A stretch of 64,000 nt of DNA from Lama guanicoe. Its lineage: Eukaryota. The DNA lies in the NCBI GenBank assembly GCA_013239625.1, contig MU055269.1, positions 2,410,441-2,474,440 of the forward strand. The letters run 5' to 3'. Each line of letters starts with the position of its first letter. Position 1 is the stretch's first letter. Below the pieces are notes generated by a model. It ran no database searches. It saw only the letters and a list, made by a program, of their open reading frames with translations, and was not told the origin of the DNA. Positions 51,248 through 63,915 of the stretch are shown one piece after another. The position numbers and the translations under genes are program-made.

Positions 51248-51650
51248 GTTCTGGTTTGAATTATGTTCCCTCAAAAGATACGTCCACATCGTACTCTCTG
51301 GAACCTGTGAATGTGACTTTATTTGGAAAAGAGGTCTGCGCAGACGTCATCAATCTAAGATGACGTCATTAGGAGAGAGGGCAGGCTTGGAAACACAGAC
51401 ACAGAGAAGACGGCTCTGGGAAGGTGGGGTCAGACCCTGGAGGGATGTGGCTGCAGCCAAGGGCCCCGGAGACAGCCAGGAAGGACTGGGGTTGGGAAGA
51501 GACTGGGAAGGCCTGCCCCCCGAGCCTTTGGGGGAGTGAGGACCTGTCAACATCTTGACTTCGGACTCGTGGGCTCCAGATCTGGGAGGGCACATGTTTC
51601 TGCTCTGTAAAGCCACGCAGTTTGTTGTACAGCCTGAGAAACTAACGTGC
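51248..51650 (+). mobile_element. MLT1 (ERVL-MaLR) solo LTR, near full length
   Basis: tgaattatgttccctcaaaagatacgtcc...ggaacctgtgaatgtgactttatttggaaaagaggtct...acacagagaaga...catcttgacttcggact...ttctgctctgtaaagccacgcagttt...gaaactaac. Confidence 0.88.
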
Positions 51651-53549
51651 AAGGAAGAAAAATGGCAACTAAGACGCCATTCAGAAGTGACGGCTATCGC
51701 GCAGTTATCCCGCGTAGATGACGGTGCTGAGCGATGGTGATAGTCCCCCGGGGAGGGAGAGGCCGCTGCACCTCAGAGGGGCCAAGAGGAGCACTGGAGG
51801 GCTCCCGTGGGTCAGGGAGAGCCCTCGGCAACGACATTATCTTCCAGGCACATCTACATCCATGAGAGGAGGTACAAAATCTGCAAAACTGACCTGCTAT
51901 TTAAAAGCTCTCTCACTGGCAAATATGTTGACAGTCTCGTGGTAGCAATGATAGACTTCAGATCCACTGGAGCGTTTGGGGACCCACCCCCCCAACAAAG
52001 CGTAGACCCTGGGACGGCCCCCTAGTAAATTAAACGTGCCTTTCCTTCCTTCATGGCTGATATACTGAGCTGTAGGGTGACCTCGTGACAATGTTTAAAA
52101 ACGATGATTTCCGTTCATGGTTGAGAGCGTGTGCTTTCAGCTGCGGGGCTGACCCGGCCCTGCAGACGGTCTGCAGTGGACGAGGGCGTGGGGCGAGCAG
52201 CGCAGGGGGCGCGGCCCCGGAAGGACTCCCGCCGGCCCGAGACGCCCCTCCTCACCGGCTGCCGGCAGCCCCGGAGACCGGCGGGCTGGGCGCGCTCGCA
52301 CAGCTGCACTCGGGGACGTCTCTGGTCAGTGCAGGAGGAGCGGGCCAGTGTGTGCTCCGCCGCGGCCGGCCTCACCTCCCGACTGACGTTAGATTATCCG
52401 CAGTCCCCAGGGGGTCCTAAGTGTCTCTGAATATGGAGTGTTGATGACACAGGTTCTGAGGGTCATATGTTAGAGTTTTTGCAGACATTCTCCTGTCGCC
52501 GTTTCTAGGTCCTTTAAATTCTCTGCTCACTCAGCTTATGAAATAAAGAAATTGTAATTAAACTCTTGACCGTCTGCTCCTTTTACTATCCTGTATTGGG
52601 CCAGTTTTTAAGGCCCTGTATTTCAGGCTTCACAAGAACAGAAGAACGCGGCTTCTACCCAAGGGTCTTGTGGTGTATTTGGGGAAATAAACTTAAGAGA
52701 CATTAAGAAGGAGCATCCAGGAAGGGACTCTGCAGTGACGAGGAAGGCCAGCATGTGGGATCCAAGGGCGGCGCTCAGACAGACCGAGGCGTCCTGCCTC
52801 GCGCCGCCACTGCAGCATCTGTGCCGTAGGGTCTGGTTCTGATGGCCGCTCCCCTCTTGCCTTCGGGACGCCTTGCGCTGGTCTGTGGGAAGCCAGACGT
52901 GCCACGCTGTGTGCCAAGAACTGAGGCAAAGGGGCCTCGGCCTGCGGGTCTGCGTTAACCTCGCTGCTCTGCGCCTCAGTGTTTGCTGTCGCCCCGGGAA
53001 GCAGCGACTCCGGGTTCCCTGGCTCCTGGGCTTCCCTGCCCTCGGACTGCGGGCGCCCCAGGCACGGGAGGGGGTCCGTGTCCTGGGGCCTCTGAGTTGG
53101 AATCCACTGTTAGCTCCCGGAGCCCTGCTGGCGTGGGGGTACCTCCGTTCCCCCCCTTGCAGCTCGGCGGGGCCTGCTTCCTGGGGCTGCACTGTTGCAC
53201 GGCCCCTCCCGGGCCACAGCGTCTTCTCCACGCGCGGCCTCGCTCCCAGCCTCCCTCCCTGCGCCCCCACCACGCGGACTGTGCTTAGGAGATGTGCCTC
53301 TTCCCCTTGAGGAGAGACAGGGACCCGGGGGCAGAGGGTTGACGGTCTCCTCCCCGTGGGGTGACTTGTTCAGAGAAGGTCCTGGTGCGATGCAGCATCA
53401 GTGCTGTTCCCTCCCTCTGCCAGGTTCCACAGGGGGCATTTACTGTGAAAAGCTGGTGGGGCTCCGTGTGCAAAACCACAAGAAGGTGAGGTCCAGGGGC
53501 TCCTTGTTCGCATCCAGCCCGCTTCCACCCTCCAGCAGTTCCTCAAAAT

Positions 53550-53830
53550 GACCATTTTATGCTGATGCTCCAACGGCTTCTGCCCCAGGTCGGGGCGTCT
53601 CGGCTGTGCCTCGGGACTAGCCCATGTCCCCAGGCGCCTGTCTCGCCTTGTCCTGGCCGCGGCTCTCTTCGTTTCCAGGGAGAGATTTTCAGTTTGTCCA
53701 GCTGTTTTCGCAGTGGAAGGTTGGGAGGGCGACTGACTCGCCCTTTATGTGTCCGAGCTGTGCTAGGTTCTGCGTCCAGGGTCATACCAGCCTCATAAAA
53801 GGCACGGAAAATGTTCCCAATTTTTTCCAA
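53550..53830 (-). mobile_element. Old L1 ORF2 remnant
   Basis: The minus-strand peptide GNIFRAFYEAGMTLDAEP resembles L1 ORF2 GILPNSFYEASITLIPKP. Confidence 0.65.
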
Positions 53831-54679
53831 GAGATAAATGCTGTTTTGCTCTTGAAGTTAATTTTTAAACTTGAAATGATGAGGTTATGACCTTAGAAGT
53901 AATAACACGAACTTTGGTTATTTGTTTTAATAACGTATTCTGAGTTGACGATACGGACTCTAAAATAATCCTGCAGTAGGTTCAACTGAGGTTTTGCAAT
54001 CTGCCCTGGATCTTATTTTGTGTTCTAAGTATATTTTTCTGGTAAACTTTTAAAATATTTGGGCCTAAATTTTAAATTGGATTACCAACCCGACTGCAGG
54101 AAAAAACTTCAAGGTAATTTTGATAATTGAGGCAGAGGAATGAAACTTAACTTCCTGGAAAAACATCTCTCTGTTCATTTCATTTCAATTCAATTCAATT
54201 GAAAAAACACACTGATCTCTACCCTTGAATTATTAATTGCTTGAGTCATTTTTTTCATGTGTTCACCATGTGCTGGCCCTGGAGACACAAACATAATTAC
54301 TATCATTTCCCTGATCGAAAGGGAGGATGGATAATAAGAAAGAGAGGGAGAAAAGGAATCAAATTTAGAGCTGCATAGTAGATGTTCTAACTCAAGTACG
54401 TGCTTGTCCAAAGAGGAACCAAGGCCAGTTTTAGGCTGACAGCTCGATACCGAGCATCCGAGGCAGCATCTTCGCCGTGATGTTGCTGGGTGTGGCTACT
54501 GACGGCACCTTTATGTGAGAAGGCGGAGGAAATCAAAAACAGAAGTTACACTTCCTACCGGCAGGCGTGAAGCGTCGTGATCCGTGCAGGAAGTGAGAGC
54601 ACCGTGGCGCGGCTGGAACCAGAGTTCACGGGGGAGACTGTGGCGGGGGGGACTGGAGGACTAAACGGAGACTATGAGA

Positions 54680-54885
54680 TAGACGAAAAGCTGTGTATGT
54701 CCTGCTAAGTCATCGGGTTCTTGCTTCTACGCAGCAGGGCGTCACGGCCGGGTGTGAAGTCAGAGCACGCTGACCAGACTTGGACGCTAGACAGATTCTC
54801 CCTGGAGCGGCGGCCAGGATGGAGGGCGCGCCTGGGGCCAGTGTGTGTGGGGGGTACTGGCGACATGATGCTGAGATGATGAATC
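54680..54885 (-). mobile_element. L2 remnant
   Basis: tgtcctgctaag...gaagtcagagcacgctgaccagactt...agattctccctgg...aggatggaggg. Confidence 0.5.
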
Positions 54886-55067
54886 CGCCTGCGAGCAGGG
54901 ATTTACGATCTTTGCGAGGAGTTCTAACATGCTGACAAATGATTAGATCACTAAGCAGTCTGCAAGAAGTGCCAGAGGAACAGGAGGAAGAGAAAGGTTA
55001 TCGGATCGTGGAAGCGGGAAGTGAGGCGCTCTGCGGGAACCTGGGTAGGTGTCATGAAGGGACACGC

Positions 55068-55570
55068 TGTTCCCGCGTCCAAGCTCATTCTGCCCACCAC
55101 ACAACAGGCAGGCCGATCGATCGGGAGACAAGGTGTTGGGGCAGGAATAATGGCTTTATTTGGGAAGCCGGCAGACCGAGAAGACGGGGGACTAACATCC
55201 TGGAGAACCATCTTCCCCAAGTCAGAACTGAGGCTCCTTTTATGCTAAGAGGGGAGGGGGTGCGGTTGGTTGTTGCAAACTTCTCGGCGTCAGAATCCTT
55301 TGTTCTTGCAGCCGTGCATGTAGATCGCGATGTTCCTGTAAATCTTCAACACCAAATGTTATTCTCTGTTCTCCAAGTTTTTGTCTCTATAGGAATGGAA
55401 AAGTGTTATGCCCTTACAGGGCAGAGCCTTGAACGGGCTTTCCTTTCAGGCTCTAGGCAACATTCTTTTATAAAAGGTGCAGAACCAGCAAGACGCCACT
55501 CAGGAAACAGCACAGGGTTAGAGCCAAAGAAACGGGTCGAATGCAGTCAGATTGGTTCTTCCCTATAACA
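55068..55570 (-). mobile_element. ERV solo LTR (~503 bp, probably ERV1 class)
   Basis: TG...CA termini. Minus-strand AATAAA at 55155-55160 and a degenerate TATA near 55238-55248. gtccaagctc...ggagacaaggtgttggggcaggaata...gcagaccgagaagacgg...agaaccatctt resembles artiodactyl ERV LTRs. Confidence 0.8.
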
Positions 55571-55679
55571 TGTCGGTGTAACAGAAGCCAAGTTGTTTTT
55601 ATTTTTTATTTTTTTAAGAGAAAAAGGACTCATTGTCTCCCCTCCTGTTCTGAGCAGTCATTCTGCTGGTTTCACATGA

Positions 55680-55741
55680 GACATTCCTGGGGGGCTCCAT
55701 CCGGGGGAACGGTCGTGGGACATTCCTGGGGGGCTCCATCC
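55680..55741. repeat. Short direct repeat, 2 x 23 bp (period 39)
   Basis: GACATTCCTGGGGGGCTCCATCC at 55680 and 55719. Confidence 0.9.
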
Positions 55742-55939
55742 AGGGATGGGCAGCAGGGACGGCTGGCTGCAGTGCTTGCCTTGGTTCTCCACTCCAGGCT
55801 CCCTGCTGGACCAGCCGGGCTCTGCCCCCTGCAGGGGGGTCCCCAGGTCGAGACGGGCCTTCCGGGGGCAGACCTGGGCAGCCTCAACCCACAAGCTCTC
55901 TGTAAACACACCTGAAGTTACTTCCAAGAGCTATTATTA

Positions 55940-57760
55940 CTTAAAAAAGCAAATGAAGGAAGATGATCTATAATTTTTGTGCAAGTAAGAAAGTAACTAA
56001 GGGAAACTGTACATGAATTTCCTCATTTTTACAAAAAAAAGCACAGAAGGACGGAGCAGGAGGAAATGAAGCTGCTTCCTCTGGGGAGGCGGGCGGTGGA
56101 GAGAAGGGCCAGGGGGTGACACCTCCCGGATTCTGCCTTTTCATGGTTCTGGCTTTCAGAACAACTTAATGATTCATGTTCTAAAAAAAAAAAAAAGTAA
56201 ACTCAAGAAGTATGGAAGAAGGAAAAAAACCCAAAATACAATGAAATGAAATAAATGAGGTTTGTGATTTTCAAATAAATAACATAAACATACAAAGGGT
56301 GAGGGAGGAGAGTGAATAAGTAACTTGGGAACAAGCTATTTGGGGCAGTGTTTCAGCTCTGCAAACACAGAGATGTGGCTGGGCAATTACGAAACTACTT
56401 TATGTGCTTTTTAGGTGCGAGAGAATAAGGAAATAGATGGAGGTCTTGTGGATAATGTGAGGGAGGTTTCTCCCTGATGGAGAAGACAGCTACCAAAAAA
56501 AAAGAGGTGAAGCTGGAGGGAACCCTTGGTGGGCGTTGGGAAGGGAGGCATCAGAGCAAATGGAAAGAGAAAGGGAGGAATGGATGGGTGGTTGGATGTG
56601 GAAACAGATACGGGAGTGTCTGTCTGTCTACACCTATTTACCTGTATTTCCTGCCTTTTTTATGCGGATCACATCTGGCACCCGGTTCTGACTTGTAAAT
56701 GCCATTCTTCAGTGACAGGAGCCAGGGCCTCTTGGAGGTGTGGCTGACACACGGCTGTGTGAGGAAAGTGTGCGGCGAGCCCGTCCCACCTGTGTCAGCA
56801 GACGGCACCAAAGTGCCCGCGTGGTGCAGGAGCCCTGCTGGCCAGGCTACCACGGGCACCATTTGGGACAATCTGAGTCAGCAAAAAATAAAAGAAAGCA
56901 ATGGGTTATGACCCACTGAATGAAATAAGCAACCACAACAGCATATCGGTATAAATAAATAAGTGAATAAGTAATAGCAGAGAAGGAGAAGTGTATTCTT
57001 ATGGTAGGAATCCAACTAATAAAGAACTTAAGATACCATTCGGCCAGCACCAGAGTAAGGCTGTCTTAGGCGAGAATTGTCAACCCTTGTCAGAGCAATG
57101 ACACACGAACAGGGAGAGAAACATGGCATCTCTGTAGTCATAAAGCATCTTCTTCCGAGAATGTATTAGTTACCAAGGGCAAAACGGTGACTTTACAACA
57201 GACACCATCTGGATCAAAGGATCACGTGAACGAATTAATTGCACCAGGAATGGGGCAAGTTGAGACCGTGTGTCTTGATGCAATGCACTGACAAGATCTC
57301 AGCATCCCCCAAAACGCATGACCCAAATTGAACCAAGAGAAAACGTACAATGAGCTAACATGGAAGGGTTCTTCAGAGTGACTGGTCTGCACTCTTTGAA
57401 GTGTGCAGATCCTAAAACTCAGAAAACGATGGAAGGACTATTCCAGACTGCAGGAGAGGGAAAGGGCAGGAGAATTAAATGCGAGGAAGCCCTAGATCAG
57501 ATCCGGCAGCAGATTAAGGAGCATTATGGGACCTGCTGAACTCGAACAAAACCTGTAGAATTGGAAACTAGGCTCGGGTCAATATCCACTCCTTGATTTT
57601 CATAATCATGTGGTTGTGAAGCAGAACATCCTTCTCTTTCAGAAATACGCACTGACGTTTTCACAGGTAAAGGGTCATCATGTCTGCAAGTTGGGCTCAG
57701 GCCGTCCCAAAACATACAGGCACAAACACACACGTGTAAATGGTAAAGTGGGGGTAGTAA
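55940..57760 (+). mobile_element. L1MC-type long 3' UTR remnant
   Basis: ttaccaagggcaaaacggtgactttaca...gactattccagact...aattaaatgc...cttgatttt...cagaaatacgcactga...aggtaaagggtcatcatgtctgcaa. Confidence 0.75.
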
Positions 57761-59069
57761 TGTGTTAATGTTTTACGATTTGAATTGTAAGAGAACTTGA
57801 CTGTCTCCAGATTTTGTGGCGTCTCTCACCAGAGGAGTTCTGTTACAAAGTGTTGAAGTGGGGGATAACTCGTGGAAATTTTATAAAACGGGGTCCATGC
57901 ATCAGAGAGATGAGTTAGGTTAAATAGTTCCTTTCTAGCCCTAAAATTTCTGTACATTTTATAGATGAGAGCATTCACACTTCCATAATGGGTAATTTGT
58001 TAAAAAAAACTTTTGAAACAATTCAGATAAGAAATTGTAGGTTGAGCTAACTGAGTGACAGTGAGATGGAAAGACGGGGCTACATACAGCGGCCGTGCTG
58101 CAGCGGGCAAACTAGCAGCGCACGGCTGCTGATTGCTGAGGGCAGAGCTCTGAAAGACAAGAAAAATACGGCCTGTTCTTGAGACTAAAGTTCAGTGACA
58201 TTTACAGCCCTTGAAGAATATTAAATGACACAAATAATAAATGTGAGGCTGATAATAAACTGTGCAGCAAAGGTGAATTCAAGGCCCTGAATTATCCTTA
58301 GAAATAATTCTTGGGGGTGACGGCATTTCTTCCTATGAGACGTGGAAGAGTGAGCTAGGTGCGGGTCGAGTTTATAATGGTGCTGATGGTGTCTGACAAC
58401 CACCCCACAGTGGCGATTAGAGCGTCTGGCCGGGAGGAGGTGTGGACCGGCTGGAGGACGGTGGAAGAACGTGTGGAAGTCCGCGCGCGACGGCAGAGGA
58501 GCGCTGGTGGAAGCAGCGCGCCGGGCTGTGTTCGTTTTGGCCTTAACAACTTTATCCGCATATAAGGTGCTAAATGAAGACACCTGGATTCTTTTCCATA
58601 AAAACTGCAAAACTTGAACTTTGTAAGACTGCACAGGCGGCCTACGGTGTGGCCTGTCGGTCGCGTTGCGTCCCTGGGGAGGACGGGTTTTGTTTCGTCA
58701 AAGCGGCAGGAAGGAGCTCTGCTCCCCGGTCAGTGGGAACATGAGCCTTTCCTCCTCACCCTCAGCGGGAGGAGGGCTCCAGGCTCAGGGCGCATTACCC
58801 GCCCTCCGGTCTCACCCCCTCGGCGCCCCCAGGGTCTGGTTTGCTCCCTTGCTCTCTGGTGTTTTCAGCTTCCCCTTTTAACCGACTTCTTCCCTGATCT
58901 GATGCGCCACAGTCCAGGGCAGTGAGCCATTCCACACCCCTGCGAGCCACCCCCCATCACCTACTTCTCATCTCCGTGGTCACACTCAAGCTTCCTGAAA
59001 GACGAGATGAGCATCTTGGTCTCTCCTTCTTTCTGTCTGTTCATCTTCAGTTATGGGGGGGGGGTTCCT

Positions 59070-59420
59070 TAATCCTCCAGCAACTCTGCAAAGACATCAT
59101 TGACTGGCGTCTTGCTAGCCGCCAAATCCAATGCCCTTACTTCTTTCTTTTCCTGGGACACTTTGCCCATGATGCCAGACTCTCTGCATTTCTTCTCCTG
59201 TTTTGAATTATTTTACAGTCTTTCTTCTGCTGGTTCATCGCTGTGTGGATGCACCCTGAGTGGTGCCCTCGCCCAGGGTCAGCTGCTGTGTGGTTATTCC
59301 TTGTAAATGCTCCGTTCGTGTGACGTCAGTCACTACGTCTCTGTGCTGACTACTTTGAGCACGTCTCCAGCTTAGATCAACCCCCTGGACTCTGGATTTG
59401 CCCCTGAAAGTGGGTTCAGT
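59070..59420 (+). mobile_element. L2 remnant
   Basis: gccaaatccaatg...ctctgtgctgactact...tctccagcttagat...cctggactctggatt. Confidence 0.6.
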
Positions 59421-61196
59421 GGCTGCTCTGCCAAGTCGGGTTTGAAGGCACGCCCTCCGTCCTGGTCTGGATCGTACTATTCTGTCTTTCCTCTGAGGTC
59501 ACCACGCTCTTTCATCTTAATAGTTCCCATTGTCAGGCCTTCTTTAATAGAAATTAATAGCCTCACCTGCATTTGTCGTGTTAATCAGCATGGATTTCTG
59601 CATTTCAGTAGCTATTGTTCAGTCAGGTCCTATTGAGTCTGGTTTCCCTCGTATCAACTAAGCTTTGTCCCAAGCACTGTTGGTTGAGCACAATGTTAAA
59701 TTGATTTTTCAAAAGACTTGTTGCTCAGTGGATTGTTGATCCATGGAAAGCACCTCATAGCCCTAAATTGAACACCGGCCAACCAGGATTAAGGATGGTG
59801 CCGACTACGGCAGACTGCATGGGAGACCAAGCAAAGTTGACCTCTTTATACAACATAAAACTCCAGAAAAACACTGAGAATTCTATTAAAGATCTAGAAG
59901 TTTGGCATTTTGTAAAAAAAATCATCTTTATTCTGCAGTGTAAATATCTACATTCATGCATGCACTATGTTAATGCTGAGTCTTTAAAATTATATTTTAA
60001 ATGATTTTCCTTGTCTTGCCTCTGCTTTAATCCCCTCAAAAAGCATCACATGCTTTCAAAAAGAGTTGATGCCATGGGGATCAAAACTGGTTTTCCATCC
60101 CTGGGTTATAATCACTTCTCTCGAATAGACCCAGAGAACACTTTCAATAAATGGGGAAAGTAGGAAGGTGTGGACATGGGTAACAAGAGTAACGCTCGAC
60201 GTCAAATACGAGAATAAAAAGTGTAATCATTTTTCTTAAAGAAACCATTTTTCGTTTTAATGTTAATTTTAAAGCATCATTAAAAAACACGGTCGTATTG
60301 CTTCATGAAAACACTCAGCTAATAAAACGTAATAAATCTCATTGATTTTAATCTTAAACCTCAAAGCAATCAATATACAAGCAAACAAAATAATTAGGAA
60401 ATGCGGAATTGTCCCCAAGTTAATTAGCATATAGGCTGAACCACATTTGGATTGTTTTCTGTCCTATCTGGTTGTAAGTCAGCAACTTGGGAGCAAAAAG
60501 CTTTCTGTTCATTGTCTATCATCTGAAACTGAACTTTTTTTAAAATGGGTTTATCTATTCCATGTGAGAAACACACACATCGATTTGTACACCTGGCTTT
60601 CCTTTAGGACATGAAATTAGCATGGATTTCTTGTTTCCTCTTTGTTGGTGGATCAGTGGGGGTGGTGGCGACTCACCGTTCGGTCCAGGCCACCACGGAG
60701 CAGTCATTAGAGGGAGCACGGAGACCCACAGCTGCTTCCGCGTTTGGGCAGTAACCCCCACTGTTTTAGATGAACTGGCGCAGCCCCGATGATGCCCACT
60801 TGGAAAAAAAAAAGGTTCAGACTGGTCAAGATGGAAAGTCCAGCACAACTGTGTGGTTTTAGCTGCAAAGAGCATGGCGCTTGCAGCCAGATGGAAACGG
60901 ATCTGTGCATTCATCCCACCGCTCAGTTTCTGTGTAACTTTGAAGACATTCCACTTCTTGTCCCTTGAATGCCCTGAACTGTGAACTGTGGTTAGCCAAT
61001 ACAGTCCTGGTCAGGCTGTGCTGAGGACCATTAATCACACACATAGGGCATCTGGCATGCGGAAAGTGCTGTATATAATCTGGTAAAAATACACAACGTG
61101 CTGAATGCACTCAACATGTGTGGGCGTCTCCATCGCTCCTGGAAGGGAAGCGAGCTCCTGTCGGGGTGCAAAGGAGCAGTCTGCTCTGGCACGGGA

Positions 61197-61395
61197 GAGA
61201 GTTATGCCAGATTTAGAACATAAACACAGAATGCTCAGTTAAATGTGAATTGCAGAAAACAATGAATAATACATGCATATATATTTTTTTGGTGTGTGTC
61301 CCATGCTATATTTGGGATGTACTTATACTGAAAATTGCTCATTGCTTTTCTGAGATTCAGATTTGACTGGATGCTCCGTATCTTATGCAGTCCTA
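61197..61395. mobile_element. Full-length palindromic MER53 (hAT MITE)
   Basis: tgccagatttagaacataaacacagaatgctcagttaaatgtgaattgcagaaaacaatgaata...gtcccatgctatatttgggatgtacttatact...cattgcttttctgagattcagatttgactggatg, with both inverted arms present. Confidence 0.85.
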
Positions 61396-61809
61396 GTGGA
61401 AGATTGTATTGAAAGATTCTTTTTCTTTCGTGGAGGGCTGTTCTGAGGTCTGAGTCTTTTCTCAGTCGTATCATGCTGTGTTTGGCAAGGGCAGTGCTGC
61501 AGAAAGTGAACTGGACTGACGGTCTGGGCATAGAGTGCCTCTGGGTACTTGAATATTCCTCGTTTGTCCTTTGTGAAGGGGTAACATTACATTTTTTGTT
61601 GAATTTACCTTTTGGGTGGCATTTGCTGCTGGAAACAGAATAAAAGTTCGTGTTAACAACCACTACTGTTTGGCGTGAAGTCTCATGTTTACCAGATGTA
61701 AACATGTTTGAAACAGTAATTTTCTTTTTAAAAAGGAGCCTGAATGACAGAGTCCTGTGGAGGAAATGAGGTCACATCCAGACGCTGGTTTGTGATGACG
61801 TCGTTTCTC

Positions 61810-62450
61810 ACTGGGTTTGAGGTTGCCTTTCCCTGGCAGCTAGAGATGTCGAAGGTCTTTCCATATGTTCATTTGCCCTGTACACGTCCTTTTTGGGTAA
61901 GATGTCTCTTCATGTCTCTGCCCCTGATTCTTTTCAACTGAGCTGCTTGCTTTCTTACCGCTGAGCTCCGCGTGTTCCTTTCACACGTACACGGACGTTC
62001 CCGGTCCTTTGCTGACGTGTAGTTTGCAGTTTGCAGATAGTTTATTTCTGTCTTTATCTTAACTTTTCATCCCCTTCTCATAGTCGTTCCCAAAGTAAAC
62101 ATTTTAAAATTTGCATCAGGTCTAATCTATCAATTTTTGGTGCCATGATTCTAGTGACAAGTTTGGGAGCTCTGTGCCTAGCCTTACAGCTCGCCCCCCG
62201 CCCCTGGCAGTTTTACCCTTTTCTTCACGTTGGAGCTGACCCTGTCGGTCACGCCACCTGCTCTGGGCACCGTCGCCCTGCGACACTGTCTTTCACGGAG
62301 TAGACGTTTTTCATTTTAACGGGGTCCGGCTTATCCATCTCTTCCTTCGTGGACTGTGCCCCTGGTGTGCTATCTAAGGGGTCACCATGATACCCAAGGT
62401 AGAAGACCTAGAAGAGGTTTGCTCCCATGTTATCTCCCAGGAGTTTTAAA
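61810..62450 (-). mobile_element. Old L1M ORF2 fragments
   Basis: ttgcctttccctgg...ttccatatgttcatttgcc...atgtctcttcatgtctctgccc...tgtgctatctaagg...cccaagg...tgctcccatgttatct. Confidence 0.7.
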
Positions 62451-62858
62451 CTGATTTTTGAAGTATTCTTGCCACCAAGAAAGGCATAAAAGTGGTGTCC
62501 ATGTTAGTTAGCACAGGGCGGGACGTGATGCACCCCATCCGGTAATATGACTGGCACCATGGAGGGTGGGGGCACCAGGGCAATCACTCACCTCCGTGGT
62601 CCAACACGAAAGACAGAATTAAAGATGCCACGAAAGGCCTTCCCAGAACAAAGGATGGCGTTTGATAAAATCAGTATTTCTCGTATATCGTTTTTGTCAG
62701 TTTTAATGACACATGAAACTAACCACTGTCGGGGTGCAATGGGTTCTCATTGCCATTCAGTTCCAGCTGGGACTCACCGCCTCCCTACACGAGACACCTG
62801 CAGCCTCTACTGCCATGAACTCCATGAAACGTTAGGTACTGATTGACGAGTTCCTTTA

Positions 62859-63065
62859 CAAGCGTCCCTGCTTTCAGAAGTTTGCTTTATGCCACTTTGC
62901 TTTTACAAAAGACCCACATCAGTACCTGTTTCCAATAACTGAAAAACACCCAACGATGATTTTTGCTTTGAAGGAAAAAGAGCAGTTGCTTGTCCACTTC
63001 GCGCCATTCTCACTTACGAGAGGCTCCGTCGGAACGCGCTGCTTTTCCGTGGCTGGAAGGCCCTG
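62859..63065. mobile_element. TcMar-Tigger MITE, internally deleted
   Basis: TA flanks at 62857-58 and 63066-67. tatgccactttgcttttacaaaagacccacatcagtacctgttt...gccattctcacttacgagagg...ggaacgc...cctg resembles an artiodactyl/laurasiatherian Tigger. Confidence 0.7.
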
Positions 63066-63489
63066 TATCTGAGCAGGACGGAAGCCGGGGCGCGAGAAGC
63101 CCAGTTCCGTCGCGGTCCTTCAGGTCTGCCCTTTCTCTTGAGGAGAAGCTGTGCCTGCCCGCCCATGCTTTTCCTTCTCTTCCAACCTGCCAAGGCCGAG
63201 CAGAGCGAGAGCCGTCTCTGTGCCCGGCGGGGTCTGGGTGACACCCATCCTCGCGCCTGCCCAGCGCTGGCTTTCCTGATGTTAAATTCGGAGTCGTTCC
63301 CACTCTCCCCTCCCACCAGCGTTCGGAAATTAGCACGGGCTAGCTACTCCAGGACCCTCGTTGGCTGTCGGACTCCCCGGCGTCCCGGCTGAGTGAGAAG
63401 GGGCGGGGGGCTCCGTGAGTCCAGCCTGGAGTCCAGCCTGGAGGCCGGGCCGCGGGGAGCCGGGCCCGGGAGCGAGTGTGGCTCAGACG

Positions 63490-63915
63490 GCGGATCTGCT
63501 GAAGAGTCTGGAGCGTGACCTCTGGCGAATCGGGGCGATGGCAAGGTTTGAAGCAGGAGTGGGACATGGTCAAATCTGCCTTATAGTGGAGAATTTCCGG
63601 TGGCGACATGGGGAAGAGATCGGCAGAACGCAGGACTGGACTCTGGGGACCCTTCATTCAGTACATTATATAACGCGCAGGGGCCGAGCAGTGACCACGA
63701 CTGTGGTTCTTAATCCGCATTTTCGTGTCTGTCTAAATAATGAGCCTAAAGCCCCCCGTTTTCAGCTCCCAGGTACTGCCTCACGTTGGATGGTCACTGA
63801 CAAAAGATCACCCTTTAATCAGTAAATGTTTATAGAACGTCTGTTACATCGAGTGCAGACGCCTAATAATACGGGAAGGACTCTTCCCAGCTTCAGGGAA
63901 AATTCTCCTGCAGGG
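63490..63915 (-). mobile_element. L2 remnants including a 3' end
   Basis: aaggtttgaagcaggagtgggacatggtcaaatctg and taatcagtaaatgtttatagaacgtctgtta. Confidence 0.55.

Noticed and set aside
63417-63443. 12-bp tandem repeat GAGTCCAGCCTG x2
   Set aside because: Trivial slippage duplication.
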